Notes: generated from the letters alone by a model not told the origin. Shown: positions 28,330 to 42,852, counted from the first letter of the stretch. The stretch is DNA of 64,000 bases from Octopus sinensis (GCF_006345805.1 NC_043021.1:18476001-18540000); one strand, 5' to 3'. A program made the numbers and translations.

Positions 28330-28490
28330 ACATCTCACCTCCACTCAGATACCTCACCTCCACTCAAACACCTCACCACTATTCACACATCCAACCTCTA
28401 CTCACACAACCAACCTCTACTCACACAACCAACCTCTACTCGAATATCTCACCTCCACTCACATATCCCACTTCTACTCAGACAATAAAC
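28330..28490. repeat. Degenerate ~19-bp minisatellite
   Basis: ctcacctccactc and caacctctactcacacaac units. Confidence 0.7.
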
Positions 28491-29539
28491 ATTTAGCAGT
28501 TGCTATGAGCTAGGGTCGCTCATTGCTTTTAAGGTTCTCATTGTTGCAAACAATGTGTAGTTAGAAAATTTACTTTACAGCTTCATAGTTTTCTTGGTTC
28601 AATCCTGCTCTCCTGCACCACGGCTAGTGTTTTGCACCACGGGTCAAGTTGACCAAAAACAAAAACCTTTACAAAAGCCCATCAGACGGATTATATTTGT
28701 TCTTGTGCGATTAATTCATCTTCCAGTTTAACCTGACTTCTTTGTGGACCCTTAGATACCCCTTAAGGAAGTCCAACTCCGTTGTAAGTATTCAAGCCAA
28801 ATCTCTAAGGTTCTGATAATAACTTGTCTTAATCTGCAGTTAAATACTGTAATAATCCACAAATCATGGCCCCTTCTTTTCTGTCTACCCCACACACACA
28901 TTGCCCTCAAGATGTGACAGAAAATTATCATAGATTTACACACTAAAAGGGGTAAAAAATTAAAAGAAACAAACTCTGTCTGTCAGCCATAAGTGAGTAT
29001 GATTTGGTATCAAGCACCATGCTTTTGTTAATTGTTTCAGGAGCTTGTGTGTTTGTGAGCTAGACATAGGCACCGTCTCAGCCCACCCTCATTCCACCCT
29101 TGATCCTGCAGAACGTTCATGATGTGACAACCGAAAGAAGAAAGAGCTGCTGAGAGGAGTGAAGCGGTGTGAAGTGGAGTACCTTGCTCAAGGTGTAGAA
29201 TTGAAACCCATAACTTTATGATCAAGAGCCGAACACCCTAAACACTAGGGCATGCCCCCTTTTCAGACTAAGAAATAAAACAAAAAATTTAAAAAAAAAC
29301 AAGAAAAACCTAGGATGAGAATATTTTTTTAATTACTCATGAAGTAGCATAATATCTATATTTTTACAACCACGTATAAATTTATATTTCTAGATCTTTC
29401 CTTTGAAACCAAATTCATTAGTTATTTTAACCATCATAGACAACGCAGTGCCATTCTGAGGAAGATACATTGCTGCTCCCAAAATCCCCCCAAATCCTTG
29501 TTCTCTCTCATTTTCTTCATATATAAACATATATATATA

Positions 29540-29572
<33 letters not shown>

Positions 29573-30632
29573 CCCTCTCTCTCTTTCGGAGAGGCACTGA
29601 GCACCTACACGCACACATACACACACGGCAGTAACTTCCACCTACCGAATTCAATCCCAAAGCTTCGGTCAGCTCGGGGCTATAGCGGAAGACACCTGCC
29701 CAAAGTGCCATGCAGTGGGACTGAACCCGAAACCATGTAGTTAGGAAGCAAGCTCCCTAACCACACAGCCATGCTCACACACATATATATATATATATAT
29801 AGACCTACTCACTTAGCCAGCAGAATGGCATTGTTTGAAAGCTAAAACAATGTGAAGCATATTGTGACCAGTGATGTATAACAACAGCCGATAGTCTGGT
29901 TGATACTGTGATAAATGCTTTGATCATTTAAATCAGACTCTTTTTTTTTTCTCTCCTAACCAATCCATCCTGTAGAGGAGCATAGGCTCAAAACATTAAA
30001 GGCTTTTATTTTTCTTCAGCATCAAACTAATTCACCCTGTTTTTGTTCCTTCACTGTGTCTTGGTGTTTTTTCGTATTTTTGGACCATGGATGTATAAGT
30101 GGCTGTGTGATAAGAAGCCTGCTTCCCAACCACATGGTTCCTGGTTCAGACTCACTGCATGGTACCTTAGGCAAGTATCTTCTATTATAGCCTCAGGCCG
30201 ACCAAAGCCTTGTGAGTGGACTTGGTAGACAGAAACTGAAAGAAGCCCATTGTGTTTCTGTATGTATATGTTGTTCTACTTGTCCTGTCGTTTACTGTTT
30301 TTATTTTTATTTGTATTTTTACTGTCCTATTTTTGTTACCACTTTTACCCCTCCGCAAAAAATCTCAAATTATTTGCAGGAAGGACCGTTTCATCGAAGT
30401 CGTGTCTCGCCTTTACCTTCGAAACGCGGAGTAGACGAAACGGAGGCGGCTGAAGAAGGGGAATTTTCCTTCTGTCGTATGTCTTGGACCCTGTTTTTTC
30501 GTTGTTTAAAAAGGGGTCTGTTTCCATGGTTCTGTTTTTATGTTTTCGGTTCTCATTGTTTCCGACGTTTTTTTGGTGTCCTGTACCTATATATGCATGT
30601 ATATATACATATGTTTTGTTTATTATTTTGTT

Positions 30633-31016
30633 CGTTGCTCGGGTTTGTAAGGGAAATAACTATATAAGCATTTTTAGAGAGTTATAGCCAAAAAATAGCA
30701 AAAAGATGCATTAAAAATGGAAAAAAAATTATGGTAATTTTTTTTTTAAATCGTTGACTCATCGTAGACATTTTTAGAGAGTTACTTCCCTTATATAATA
30801 GCGAAAAAATGCATTAAAATGGAAAAAAATGATGGTAAATTTTTTTTTAAATCGGAGACTCATCGTAGACGCGCGCTAATATGCAGAAGGGCTCGATATG
30901 AATCACGACTATAAGATACCCGGTTTTGGTTAAACTGCACCGCAAAATGTGGGAGTAGTTAGGAATCTAAATCGTAGGAGACAGACAGCACACAACCTCA
31001 CTTTTATATATAAAGA
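30633..31016 (-). mobile_element. Non-autonomous Helitron-like fragment, 3' terminus truncated
   Basis: Minus strand starts A|TCTTTATATATAAAAG...TGTCTGTC (Helitron-type 5' end); internal tandem duplication; half of a GC-rich subterminal hairpin (cccgagcaacg) remains. Confidence 0.55.
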
Positions 31017-31292
31017 TATGTCTTTGTGTCTGTGTTTGTCCCCCACCATTGCTTGACATCCGATGTTGGCGTATTTATGTCGGTGTAACTTAGCATTTCA
31101 GCAAAAGAGACCGATAGAATAAGTACCATACTTACAAAGAATAGGTTTGGGGTTAATTTGTTCCACTAAAACCCTTTAAGGCAATGCTCCAGCATGGCCG
31201 CAATCAAATGGCTGAAACCAGGAAAAAGAATAAATATTTATATGTATCTATGTATGTATGTTTGTGCATGTGTGTGTGAACATCATATATAC

Positions 31293-31339
<47 letters not shown>

Positions 31340-31964
31340 ATACATGTATATAGACACAGACAGACAGTGCAATCACATCAAATCTGTATATACCGCCTTC
31401 ATGACTCCAGGCACCTATAATGCAAAATTGCGCCGACATTCCCCATCTCCCAGTCCCCCCCCACCTCCTTCCTGTGTTGGAAACCACCACCACCTCCACT
31501 TCCACCACCACGACCATTTTAATCATTGAAATTATCAAAGACAATCATTAGAATTGGCAAGTCAGTGATTATCAGCTTTGGCACAACTCATACTGGAATT
31601 ATTAACAAACAAAAGCCACGTCTGTGCTGGAGATGCCCGGGGGAGGGGGGCAGGGGGTAGGAAGGACAAATGCTGCAGGCTTGGACCCACCAGCTTTTAT
31701 GGGAAATAAAAATGTTGCAAGAAGAAAAGCCAATTTCCATTGATTTCCAGATGTTACAGACTGAATATTACCGATATCCATCTTGTGAGTCATGGTTGAC
31801 TGTGCTTGGATTCCTGGAAGAGAGAACCGAAAGCATTCAAGATGGGTGTTAAGAGTTTATGTTGTGAGAGAGAAATAAACAAGAAATTTGCTGGAGCAAT
31901 AAAAGGAAGCCTCAAATTAGGTTAAATGATTATCTATCTATCTATATGTGTGCATGTATGTGTG

Positions 31965-32009
<45 letters not shown>

Positions 32010-32667
32010 TATGTATGTATATATATGTCTATATATATATATGTTTATGTATGTATATATATGTCTATATATATATATGTTTATGTATGTATATATATGT
32101 CTATATATATATATATATATATATTTATGTATGTATATATATATGCATATATATATATATATATATGTATGGATGGATATATATCATCATCATCATCATC
32201 GTTTCATGTCCGCTTTCCATACTAGCATGGGTTGGACGAATGACTGTGGGCTGGCGAACCAAATGGCTGCACCAGGCTCCAATCTTGATCTGGCAGAGTT
32301 TCTACAGCTGGATGCCCTTCCTAACGCCAACCACTCCGAGAGTGTAGTGGGTGCTTTTTACATGGCACCGGCACGGGGTCCAGTCGGGCGGTACTGGCAA
32401 TGGCCATGCTCAAATGGTACTTTTTATGTGCCACTTGCACAGGAGCCAGTCCAGCGGCACTGGCAACGACCTCGCTCGGATGTTTTTTCACGTGCCTCCA
32501 GCACAAGTGCCAGTAAAGCAATGCAGGTAACGCTCATGCTCGAATGGTACTTTTTGCGTGCCACCGGCACGGAAGTTACTTTGTTGCTCTGGCAACAATC
32601 ACGCTCGGATGGTACTCTTAGCACTCCACTAGCACGGATGTATATCTTTATATATATATGTATGTAG

Positions 32668-32699
<32 letters not shown>

Positions 32700-33675
32700 A
32701 TATATATATATATGTATATATATATGTATGTATGTATATATATATGTATGTATATATGTATATATGTATGTATATATGTATATATATATGTATGTATATA
32801 TGTATATATATATGTATGTATGTATATATATATATATATATGTATGTATATATATATATACAATAGTTCACCACATTGCTACCTTAAGTTACCTTTTATA
32901 TATATATGCACACATGTATATAAATGCATACATGTGTGTATAGAGACATGCCTATATACAAGCATGCATGCATACATGAATCCATGTATATGTACATGTA
33001 CACCTGCATACCTACAAGCATACACACACTCATATGTACTCACACATATATATATATATATATCTTCTGGGACTGAAGACCCCCACATCCCATATATCAC
33101 TTCTCATCTCAGGTCACCCCTTTAAAATCTCAGAATTCTGGACAAACTCTCCTACTGGGAATTGAACCAACTCCCAAGGAGTATGTAGCTGTTGTTCTTT
33201 CTCACTGAAACATTAAATTTACAAACAACTTTGTGTTAATTAAAAGGGACAAACGATTAAAAATTAGGATTGGATGTGGCACAGGGTCCCAAGTGACTTT
33301 TTTGCAGCTGGTGCTAAAGTTTGGCTTCAAAATTGCAGTTTAAGTGCAGCTGGTGCTGATGATGCGACCCCTACAATCAAATCAAAATTCTACCCCTCCC
33401 CTCAAAATTTCAGGCCTCATGCCTCCAGAAGAAAAGATAATTATTATTATTCTTATTAAGGTGATGAGCTGACAGAATCGTTAGCATGCTGGGCAAAATT
33501 CTTATTGGCATTTCATCTGGCTCCATGTTCTGAGTTTAAATTCCGCCAAGGTTGACTTAGCCTTTCATCCTGTCAAGGTTGATGAAATGAGTACGAACTG
33601 AACACTGGAGCCATTGTAATCAACTAGCCCCTCCCCACCCAAAAACTGCTGGCCTTGTGCCTATAATGGAGAGGA

Positions 33676-33707
<32 letters not shown>

Positions 33708-34120
33708 GTATATAAGGTGAGCTGGGTGAAATGTTAACATGCTGGGCAAAAAATGCTTAGCAGCATCTTTACGTTCTGAGTTCAAATTTTGCCAAGGTCA
33801 ACTTTGCCTTCCATCTTTTCAGGGTCGATATATTAAGTACCAGTGAAACACTGGGGTCGATGTAATTGAACTAGTCCCCTCCTCCAAAATTTCAGGCCTT
33901 GTGCCTGTAATAGAAAGGATTGTTGTTGTTGTTGTTGTTTGGGTGTCAGAAAAAAATGCTATGTGGTATTTCTTCCAGCTGGTGGCATTCTGAGTTCAAA
34001 CCCCACTGAAGTCAACTTTGACTTTCCTCATTTCAGGGTCAACAAAATAAAGTACCAGCCAGAAGTGGTATTGTTGACCTTGTGCCAAAATGGGCAACAT
34101 CATTATTATTATTATTGTTA

Positions 34121-34154
<34 letters not shown>

Positions 34155-35122
34155 AGTGGTGAGGTGGCAGAATTGTTAGCACCCCAGGCAGAATGCTTAG
34201 TGGCATTTTGTCTGTCTTTATGTTCTGAGTTCAAATTCCACTGAGGTCGACTTTGCCTTTCATCCTTTTGGGGCTTGAATAAAATAAGTACCAGTTGAGT
34301 GCTGGGGGCCAATGTATTTGACTAGCCCTCCCCACCCTGAAAATTGCAGGCCTTGTGCCTATAGTAGAAAAGATTATTATCATTATTATTATTATTATTA
34401 TTATTATTTTAGATGCAGTTGTTGAATGGTTGAAGTGTCATGTTCCTAATTCCAAGTGCGTGAGTTCACCTCCCACTCCTGCTGCTTGTGAACTTGAACT
34501 GTGACCTTGAGTAAAGCACTTTAACGTAAGGAGTAATTGAAGACAAAAACAATAAAAATATTTTTAAAAAAACCACTACCATCATAATCATCATATCATC
34601 ATCATCACCATCACTAACTACACAACTTCCATGCCAACCACTATCAATATTGTGCCATAATCACGACCACCACCATTACGACTATCAATGCCAAAATCAT
34701 CTACCCCCACCACCACCCCCATCATCAGTAGTGATGGTCATGTTAATCATATTTTGCTTGTTTATCATTACTATTGTTATAGTTATCCTATGCATTCATT
34801 TCCCCATACACACAACTTGTGTGCATTTGCATGTATGTATACATATATATATATGAATCAATCTATCTATATATATATGTACAAATGTGTATATATGCAT
34901 ATGTGTTTATATGTATATACACACATATATGTTCCATGTTCCATTTTAATTTTTCATTAATATATACATACACACACACACGTGTGTGTATGTGTGTATA
35001 AAATGTTGAAATAAGACTGGTATTTTAAGGCAAGTTTAATAATAATAATAATAATAATGATATGGACCCTTTGCTGACTGTATGACTTTCTACTGAGGGT
35101 AGTCAGATTTATTTCTGACTTG

Positions 35123-35166
<44 letters not shown>

Positions 35167-35248
35167 CAGACTTGTTGTATATATATATATATATATATAA
35201 TATATTAATATATATATAGATATATATATATATATACAGACTTGTATG

Positions 35249-35321
<73 letters not shown>

Positions 35322-36149
35322 CATATATATATATAATACATATATATAATACATACATATATATATATATATATACATACATATATATATATATACATAC
35401 ATATATATATATATATAACATCATATATATATACATACATATATATATATATACATACATTATATATATATATACATACATATATATATATACATACATA
35501 TATATATATACATACATCATATATATATAATATATACATTACATATATATACATAATATGTATATATAATGTATATATATGTATATGTATATATTGTATT
35601 ATACATATATGTATTATACATATATGTATATATATATATATATGTATATATACTATATGTATATATATGTATATATACATATATGTATATATATATATAT
35701 ATGTGTGTGTGTATGTGCATGTCTGTATATATGTGTGTGTATATATGTGTTTGTGTTTGACAGAGCACCACCTCTTGCCAAACACCAGTGTTACGTGAAG
35801 ACGTTAGGTTAACCAGTTTGGTGAAATATATCTTGGAGGGGGGGCGGTTACTGAGGCCTACGAAATATGTCTTAGGTCGGTGCTCCAGCATGCCCCCCCC
35901 CCCCCACACCCAGCGACTAGAGAATCAGTAAAGGAAAAGAAATCGGAGAGTATATCGTAGAAACTCGCAGACAGGTGTTGCTCCCTAATTAGAACTACCA
36001 CCACCACCACCACATCAACCACCACTGGCGCCACCATCAACCATTACCAACATCATATTCACATCAACCATCACCATCAGTTACTAACCATCAGATATCA
36101 ATAATCAGTATTGACCAGTTAACGTGCCACATCATGTCAATGCCCCCTC

Positions 36150-36865
36150 CCCCCTCGTCTCTCTCTCTCCTCTCTCTCTCTCTCTCTTTCCACGTACAGA
36201 CACACACACACACCATATCTGTGGCTTCCGTTGATTCTCTCTCTTTCTCCCTCAATCTACTGTCTCTTTCTCTTCTCTTCCTTCAGTCTATAGTTTCTTT
36301 CTCTCTCTCTCTCCCCTTCAGTCTGTAGTCTCTCTCCCTTTCTCTCTCTCTCTCTCTCTCCCCTTCAGTCTGTAGTCTCTCTCCCTCCCTTTCTCTCTCT
36401 CTCTCTCCCCTTCAGTCTGTAGTCTCTCTCCCTCCCTTCTCTCTCTCTTCTCTCTCCTCTCTCTCCCTTCCTCTCTGCCCTTTCTCTCTCTCTCTCTCCC
36501 CCCTTCATCTTATCTCTCCCTCCCTCCCTCCCTTTCTCCTCTCTCTCTCTCTCCCCTTCAGTCTGTAGTCTCTCTCCTTCTCCTCTCTTCTCCTCTTCTT
36601 CTCTTCTCTTCTCTCTCTCCTCTCTCTCTCTCTCTCCCTCCCTTTCTCTCTCTCTCCTCTCTTCTCTCCCCTTCAGCCTGTATTCTCTCTCCTCCTCTTC
36701 TCTCTCCTCTCTCTCTCTCTCTCTCCCCTTCAATCTGTAGTCTCTCTCCCTCCCACTCAGTTTATCATCTCTCTTCCTATTTCTCTCCTCTCTCTCTTTC
36801 TCCCCTCTCTCTCTTTCTTCTCCTCTCTCTTTCTCCCTCTCTCTTTCTCCCCCCTCTCTCTCTAT
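36150..36865. repeat. Long (CT)-rich polypyrimidine tract with recurring ccccttcagtctgtagtc motif
   Basis: Directly visible; the motif recurs at least six times. Confidence 0.9.
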
Positions 36866-37793
36866 TGATCTTAACCAGTTTTACTGATAATTGCACAACT
36901 GCTGTAAATATCTGCTTGTTGCAGCTAATGTTCTGTGTTGCACATTAAGTGGTGGTGGTGGTGGTGGTGGTGGTTGCACAGTGGAGGGGGTGCATCTGAT
37001 AGTGCAGTGATCATTTTAACCTAGTTATCTATTTATAGATGTAACTGTTGTTGTTGTCGTCAGTAGTGGTGGTCGTGGTGGTGGTGGGGACCAACTACTA
37101 GATTAAATACACGAGACTCCTCAGTTTGCCTGGCTGTAAACAGGTGCCATCTGTAGCCGAAATTCACTACTGTAAACAGTGGGAGCACTGTGAAGTCATG
37201 CATTAGGTTACTGGGTTGCAGTAGGCCTGGCTTACCATTTGAAATATCCATTCCCTAATTCTCTTACAGACAATGTAATTCTGTTAATCCTAACCCTCGC
37301 TGCTTACTACTAACACTGTAACTACTTTTACTATGACTTATCACTAATCTAGTTGTTTAACCCTGTCGTCATTGTATTAACCCATTTTACTGTCTACAAC
37401 TGCTGACAGCTAACTTTACAAAAAAGCTATTTCTGTTGTTATCCCTTTTTTGTTTTTTTTCCAATATGTTAACCCAATTTCCAACACATATACCTTTTTG
37501 TTTTTGTCAATGTGTTGACCCAGTTTCCAACAGATTTGAGCTATTTTTTTTGCCAATGTTAACATGTTAACCCTGCTTCTAACCATGACCCATTTTATTT
37601 TGTCAATGTTTTATCCCATTTTCAATGCATTTATCTACATTTTTCAGTCTGTTAACCGTTTCAAATGCATTTGCCTATATTTTGTCAGTAAGTTAACCCG
37701 GTTTCCAATGCCTTTACCTATATTTTACCAATGTGTTTACCCTGCTTCCATTGAATTGAACTATATTTTGTCAGTATATTAACCCTGTTTCCC

Positions 37794-38670
37794 ATGCATT
37801 TACCTATATTTTCTCTGTCTGTTGACCCTGTTTCAAATGTATTTGCCTATATTTTCTCTGTCTGTTGACCCTGTTTCAAATGCATTTGCCTATATTTTCT
37901 CTGTCTGTTGACCCTGTTTCAAATGCATTTGCCTATATTTTCTCTGTCTGCTGACCCTGTTTAAAATGCATTTGCCTATATTTTCTCTGTCTGTTGACCC
38001 TGTTTCAAATGCATTTGCCTATATTTTCTCTGTCTGTTGACCCTGTTTCAAATGCATTGCCTATATTTTCTGTCTGTTGACCCTGTTTCAAATGCATTAC
38101 CTATATTTTCTTTCTGTCTGTTGACCCTGTTTCAAATGTATTTGCCTATATTTTCTCTGTCTGTTGACCCTGTTTCAAATGCATTTGCCTATATTTTCTC
38201 TGTCTGTTGACCCTGTTTCAAATGCATTTGCCTATATTTTCTCTGTCTGCTGACCCTGTTTAAAATGCATTTGCCTATATTTTCTCTGTCTGTTGACCCT
38301 GTTTCAAATGCATTTGCCTATATTTTCTCTGTCTGTTGACCCTGTTTCAAATGCATTTGCCTATATTTTCTCTGTCTGTTGACCCTGTTTCAAATGCATT
38401 TACCTATATTTTCTCTGTCTGTTGACCCTGTTTCAAATGCATTTGCCTATATTTTCTCTGTCTGTTGACCCTGTTTAAAATGCATTTGCCTATATTTTCT
38501 CTGTCTGTTGACCCTGTTTCAAATGCATTTGCCTATATTTTCTCTGTCTGTTGACCCTGTTTCAATGCTTTTGCCTATATTTTCTCTGTCTGTTGACCCT
38601 GTTTCAAATGCATTTGCCTATATTTTCTCTGTCTGTTGACCCTGTTTCAAATGTATTTACCTATATTTTT
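37794..38670. repeat. 43-bp minisatellite (tgcatttgcctatattttctctgtctgttgaccctgtttcaaa), ~20 units, with decayed flanking units
   Basis: Period 43 (tgcattt at 37881 and 37924). Confidence 0.95.
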
Positions 38671-39046
38671 TGGCCGATATGTTATCCCAGGCTCCAGTTT
38701 ATTGTCTATATTTTCTCAATATGTTCCCCTTTTCCTAAGTAAAAGAAGAAATGGGGAAACCGGGGAAATCACAGAGTAACAAAGAGAGGTTTTCCCCCAT
38801 TTAAATTGACAATTAAGATGTTTGCCCTGATGCCAAATCAAAAATAGGAGAGGCTGGAAATAAAAAAAAAAAAAGAAAAACTCATTATTATACGAATATT
38901 TTTCTGTGACGTTACCATGGAAATTGTTATTTTATATCAAAACGGAAACGGAAAACAAGAACTGTTTTACAAATGTATCTGCCTATCCATCTGTCTGTCT
39001 GTTTGTCCCTATTGCTATCTATCTATATCTATACACCACACACACA

Positions 39047-39111
<65 letters not shown>

Positions 39112-39405
39112 GTATGTAGTTACATGTTTATATTAACAAAAACTCAGTAAATTCAAAAATTTTTTTTTTTTGCTGCAGTTTCATCTCCCGGGTTATTTTA
39201 AAAACGTTACCAGAGGAGCTTGTTACAATATTGTTGATATAAACAAATATACCATTTGGTCGGCAGGGGGTGGGGTGGGGTGGGGTGGAAGCTAGTGTGA
39301 GGGAAACAAATGTTAAAGGCATGCAATATCTGGAGTGGGGTGGGCAATACTTAAAAAATAATAAAAAGAAACAAATACATCTTTTGAAATAGAATTGTGT
39401 TTCTA

Positions 39406-40974
39406 GCTTCTCTGGGATACCGTCCGCCTGCATTATGCACCACAGGGCCTCCCGATCTGCCAAATCAAAGGCAGCAATGAAGTCGATGAAGCATAGAACA
39501 GTAGGCTGCTAGTACACTCACCGTTGTTCCAGAACACGCCGGAGGTTGAAGATTTGATTGACACACCTTCTTCCCAGACGAAAGCCACCCTGAGAAGGTT
39601 GGGTACGGACGGTCTGGAACCTCTTCAGCAGAAGAATTGCGAAGGATTTGGCAGCAACATCGATAAGGCTGATGCCCCTATAGTTTGAGCACAGCTTTTT
39701 GTCGCCTTCTTTGAAGAACGGCAGGAGGGTTGCATCACTCTAGTCCTCAGGGAAACGCTCTGTCGCCCACACCGCGGAGAAGACTCGATGGAGCCAGGAT
39801 GCGAAGACATCTGGCTCGGCTTTGTACACCTCTGCTGGAATACCATCTTCGCCTGGCGCTTTGTTGTTCCGGAGATGGGTCAGGACACCACGTACCTCCT
39901 CGACCATTAGACAGGCAGTGCTGCAACCGTAGTCGTTCCCAGTTGGCTGCACAAAGGTTTGTGAAGATGGTGGTGGATGGTTGAGCAGCTTGGAGAAGTG
40001 GTCCCGCCATCGATCCAGCCGGTCACTAAGATTCGTAATGACCGCGCCAGTCTGATCACAGACCATCTCACTGATACCCGTATTGCCTCGGCTAGCCTGT
40101 TTCACCAGCTGGTAGAGTTTGCACGAGTCACCACAGGCTGCTGCCCCTTCCGTCCACTCTGCGAATGCATGCCAGTGTGCATTCTGATTGGCACGGATGG
40201 CCCTCGAGGCACGTCGTCGCAGATCTCGAAAATTTGGTGCTCCCTCCAGTCGAGCCACTCTCGCCCTCTCAGCGAGTTCAAGAGTGTCACAGGAGATCTA
40301 GTCCTGATGGCACCGTCTGGTGGACTCAAGATGCTTCCTGGCCACCTCAGTCATCGCCGTCTTGAGTGCACTTCATTCCTGCTCCGGTTGTTGAACCAAC
40401 TCGTCGCCAAGCGCTAGGAATCGGTTTCTGAGCTCAAGCCGAAAATGGTTCCCAGCCTCGAGTTTGAGACGCGAGACATCGATCCTCTTCTGACACGTAG
40501 GAGGAGGTCTCGCCTGCAGCCTGAGCTGGAAGTCTTCGACAATGACTGCCTCCGGTGCATTCTTCGCTGCCGTCGGGTGGATCGAGTTCCCACTGCCAAT
40601 CTCCGACTTCGCCTGTCTCTGCAGCCCCTTCCATCTGTCCTTCTGCAATGGCGCTTGCGGTGGTTTGGCCATGCATGTAGGTGTCCGGTGGGTGAACTGA
40701 GCCGTGATGTCCTTCTCCCAACTCCACTTCCCAACTGGCGGAAACACGCGGGCGGGCAGCTGAAGACCTGGGTTACGACGATCAAGGAGGACCTCTCTGT
40801 GCTCATGGGACCACAGGTGGTTGGCCTGCGCTGATGGAACCGTGACTGGCTCACTATCCCCAGTGAACTGGCGCAGGACCATCATGCGTGGGCTGCCACA
40901 GTTCGAGATGCCTCGAGGGTGGTAGAAGAAGCCGACTCAACCCGCCCAGGGTGAATGTCGCCACAAGTACAAGT
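39406..40974. mobile_element. RTE-clade LINE insertion with 5' inversion
   Basis: 39406 to ~40500 encodes linker and RT N-terminus on - (NNKAPGEDGIPAEVYK, NYRGISL, IDFIAAFD); ~40505-40974 encodes the ORF C-terminus on + (LRWFGHACR) and a (caagta)2 tail; 13-bp TSD aattgtgtttcta/aattgtgttttta. Confidence 0.9.
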
Positions 40975-41758
40975 AATTGTGTTTTTAAACTTTTTGATAA
41001 TAGTAAAATAAGATGAATAAGCATTAAGTGGAATTTTAATTATTTTTGTTCTAATAATTTAAAGAAAGAAATATTGAAATAAAGATGTGGGGGTGGGGAT
41101 CTTTTTTTTGTATAAAGTAAGGTAAATTTTTTATTAAAATAATTATATTTTGATAGGATATTCACCTTACTTTAAATAGATTGAAATTGTATGAATGCAG
41201 CTCAATGCCCACTTTGGGCCAAAATGAACCCCCTTAAAGTATTATTTACTGAGCTATGATCAATACTGACACTGTTTTAAAATCATAAATTGGACTGACA
41301 TCAGTATCTTTCAAAACACAAAATTCCCAACATATCCATTCATTGCGAAAGCACTTAAGAACCAATTATCACAAGTATATGAAGTTTGACGTCCAATGAT
41401 GTGTTTCTTACCATAAAGTTTGAACCAAGTGATGTAACTAACCAACTGTATTGTCATTCCAACAAGCCAAGCACGTTATGTACTTCAAAAGCATTTGAAA
41501 CAGTGATTTCAAGAGCTCTACTCTTGAAGAACCAGTTAGGACTGGTTTCAAGTTGTTTGCTTAGAAGGTACCAAATGCTAAAGATTTTCAAACCATTTGT
41601 CAGATAATTTTATACACCAAAATATAGGAGTAGCTTCTTTGTTGATTGAAGAATATAGACAGTACTCAAAGTATTTTTCTTAGAATTTATTGCACCAAGT
41701 GAACTAAGAGTCACTTCAGCCAGAATGGCAGCCATGACACTTAGCTAATTCCTTAGAA

Positions 41759-42047
41759 CAGTGGTTCTCAACTCGTTTTTCTTTTCTATGGACCCCCTTT
41801 GATTCCTATTCTATTCTACTGAACCCCCCACCCCACCCCAAAGCCATTTGCTGTATATGAAGAAAATCCCGTTATTATTTTTCTAATTAATTATCATTAG
41901 GAATTATATATATATAAAAAAAACAGATTAAAATATTTTGTGTATTGTAGGAAGATAAGAAATTTATTGCAGATAAATTTTATATGGACCCCACCCCACC
42001 CCACCCCGCTACAAGAGTCATAGAAAAACCCTGGTTGAGAATCATTG
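41759..42047. mobile_element. hAT-type MITE
   Basis: TIRs cagtggttctcaac / gttgagaatcattg; 8-bp TSD ccttagaa / ccttagca. Confidence 0.8.
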
Positions 42048-42088
42048 CCTTAGCATGCATTAATTAATCTTATATTCCAGATCTTTAA

Positions 42089-42309
42089 CCCTTTCATTAC
42101 CAACCCGGCTGAAACCGGCTCTGGCCCTGTAGTACAAATGTATGGTTTTCATAAGTTTTGAATAAAAATCTTCCACCAAACCTTAGTCACAATTTATGCT
42201 CCTAACACTAGCTGAATGATAACTAAGTTATTTTACTAAATTCCTTGTTATATTTAAAATAATTGAGAGAAACACAGAGCATCTCAACAGAAATATGGTA
42301 ACGAAAGGG
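42089..42309. mobile_element. piggyBac-type MITE (second family)
   Basis: TTAA|ccctttcattacc ... ggtaacgaaaggg|TTAA. Confidence 0.85.
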
Positions 42310-42852
42310 TTAATATGCCATTCACCTTACCTTATGTAAAACAAAATTTTACTAGACAGAGGCTGTTTTAGTGTCTCTTTCCTTACCATTCCCAAACTGT
42401 GTACATTCTGACAAACGCTTGCTATTTTCTGATAACCCAACTCATGAAACTGAAGTCAGCTCATCTTCCTTTCTTTGTTTAGTTTCATCATATATTTGAG
42501 ATTTTTCAACTGGCGGTATTGAGTACGTTGTAAATACTGTTCATTGTACTTTGTACTCTATGTGTAACTGACTTTTTTAAAAAATATGTTTGTGTGTGTG
42601 TGTGCATGTCCATATGTTTGCGTATGTGTGTGTGGACAATCAGTTATTTTTCCACACAATAAAAAATATCTCTATAAAAGAAATAAATATCTATTAAAAT
42701 GTATTATTTTTCAGTAATAAAGACTATGTATATATATATATACACATTTATGTGATAAAAATGGTTGAACTGTTACTGTGTTAAACCACAATTGAATAAT
42801 TGTAAAGTTTTTTTTAGCATGAAACCATTGGTATTGACCTAACAGCACTCAA

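Noticed and set aside
28700-28860. Minus-strand unique-looking segment with a read-through-like TGA frame
   Set aside because: Weak acceptor, no recognisable protein or SECIS; consistent with chance.
30410-30480. CGAAACGCG and CUGAAGA motifs close together
   Set aside because: Order and pairing do not give a complete type I, II or III fold.
33100-33207. Possible minus-strand exon after tttcag ([31 protein letters not shown])
   Set aside because: No recognisable protein, no canonical donor and no partner exons found; RNA-seq would be needed.
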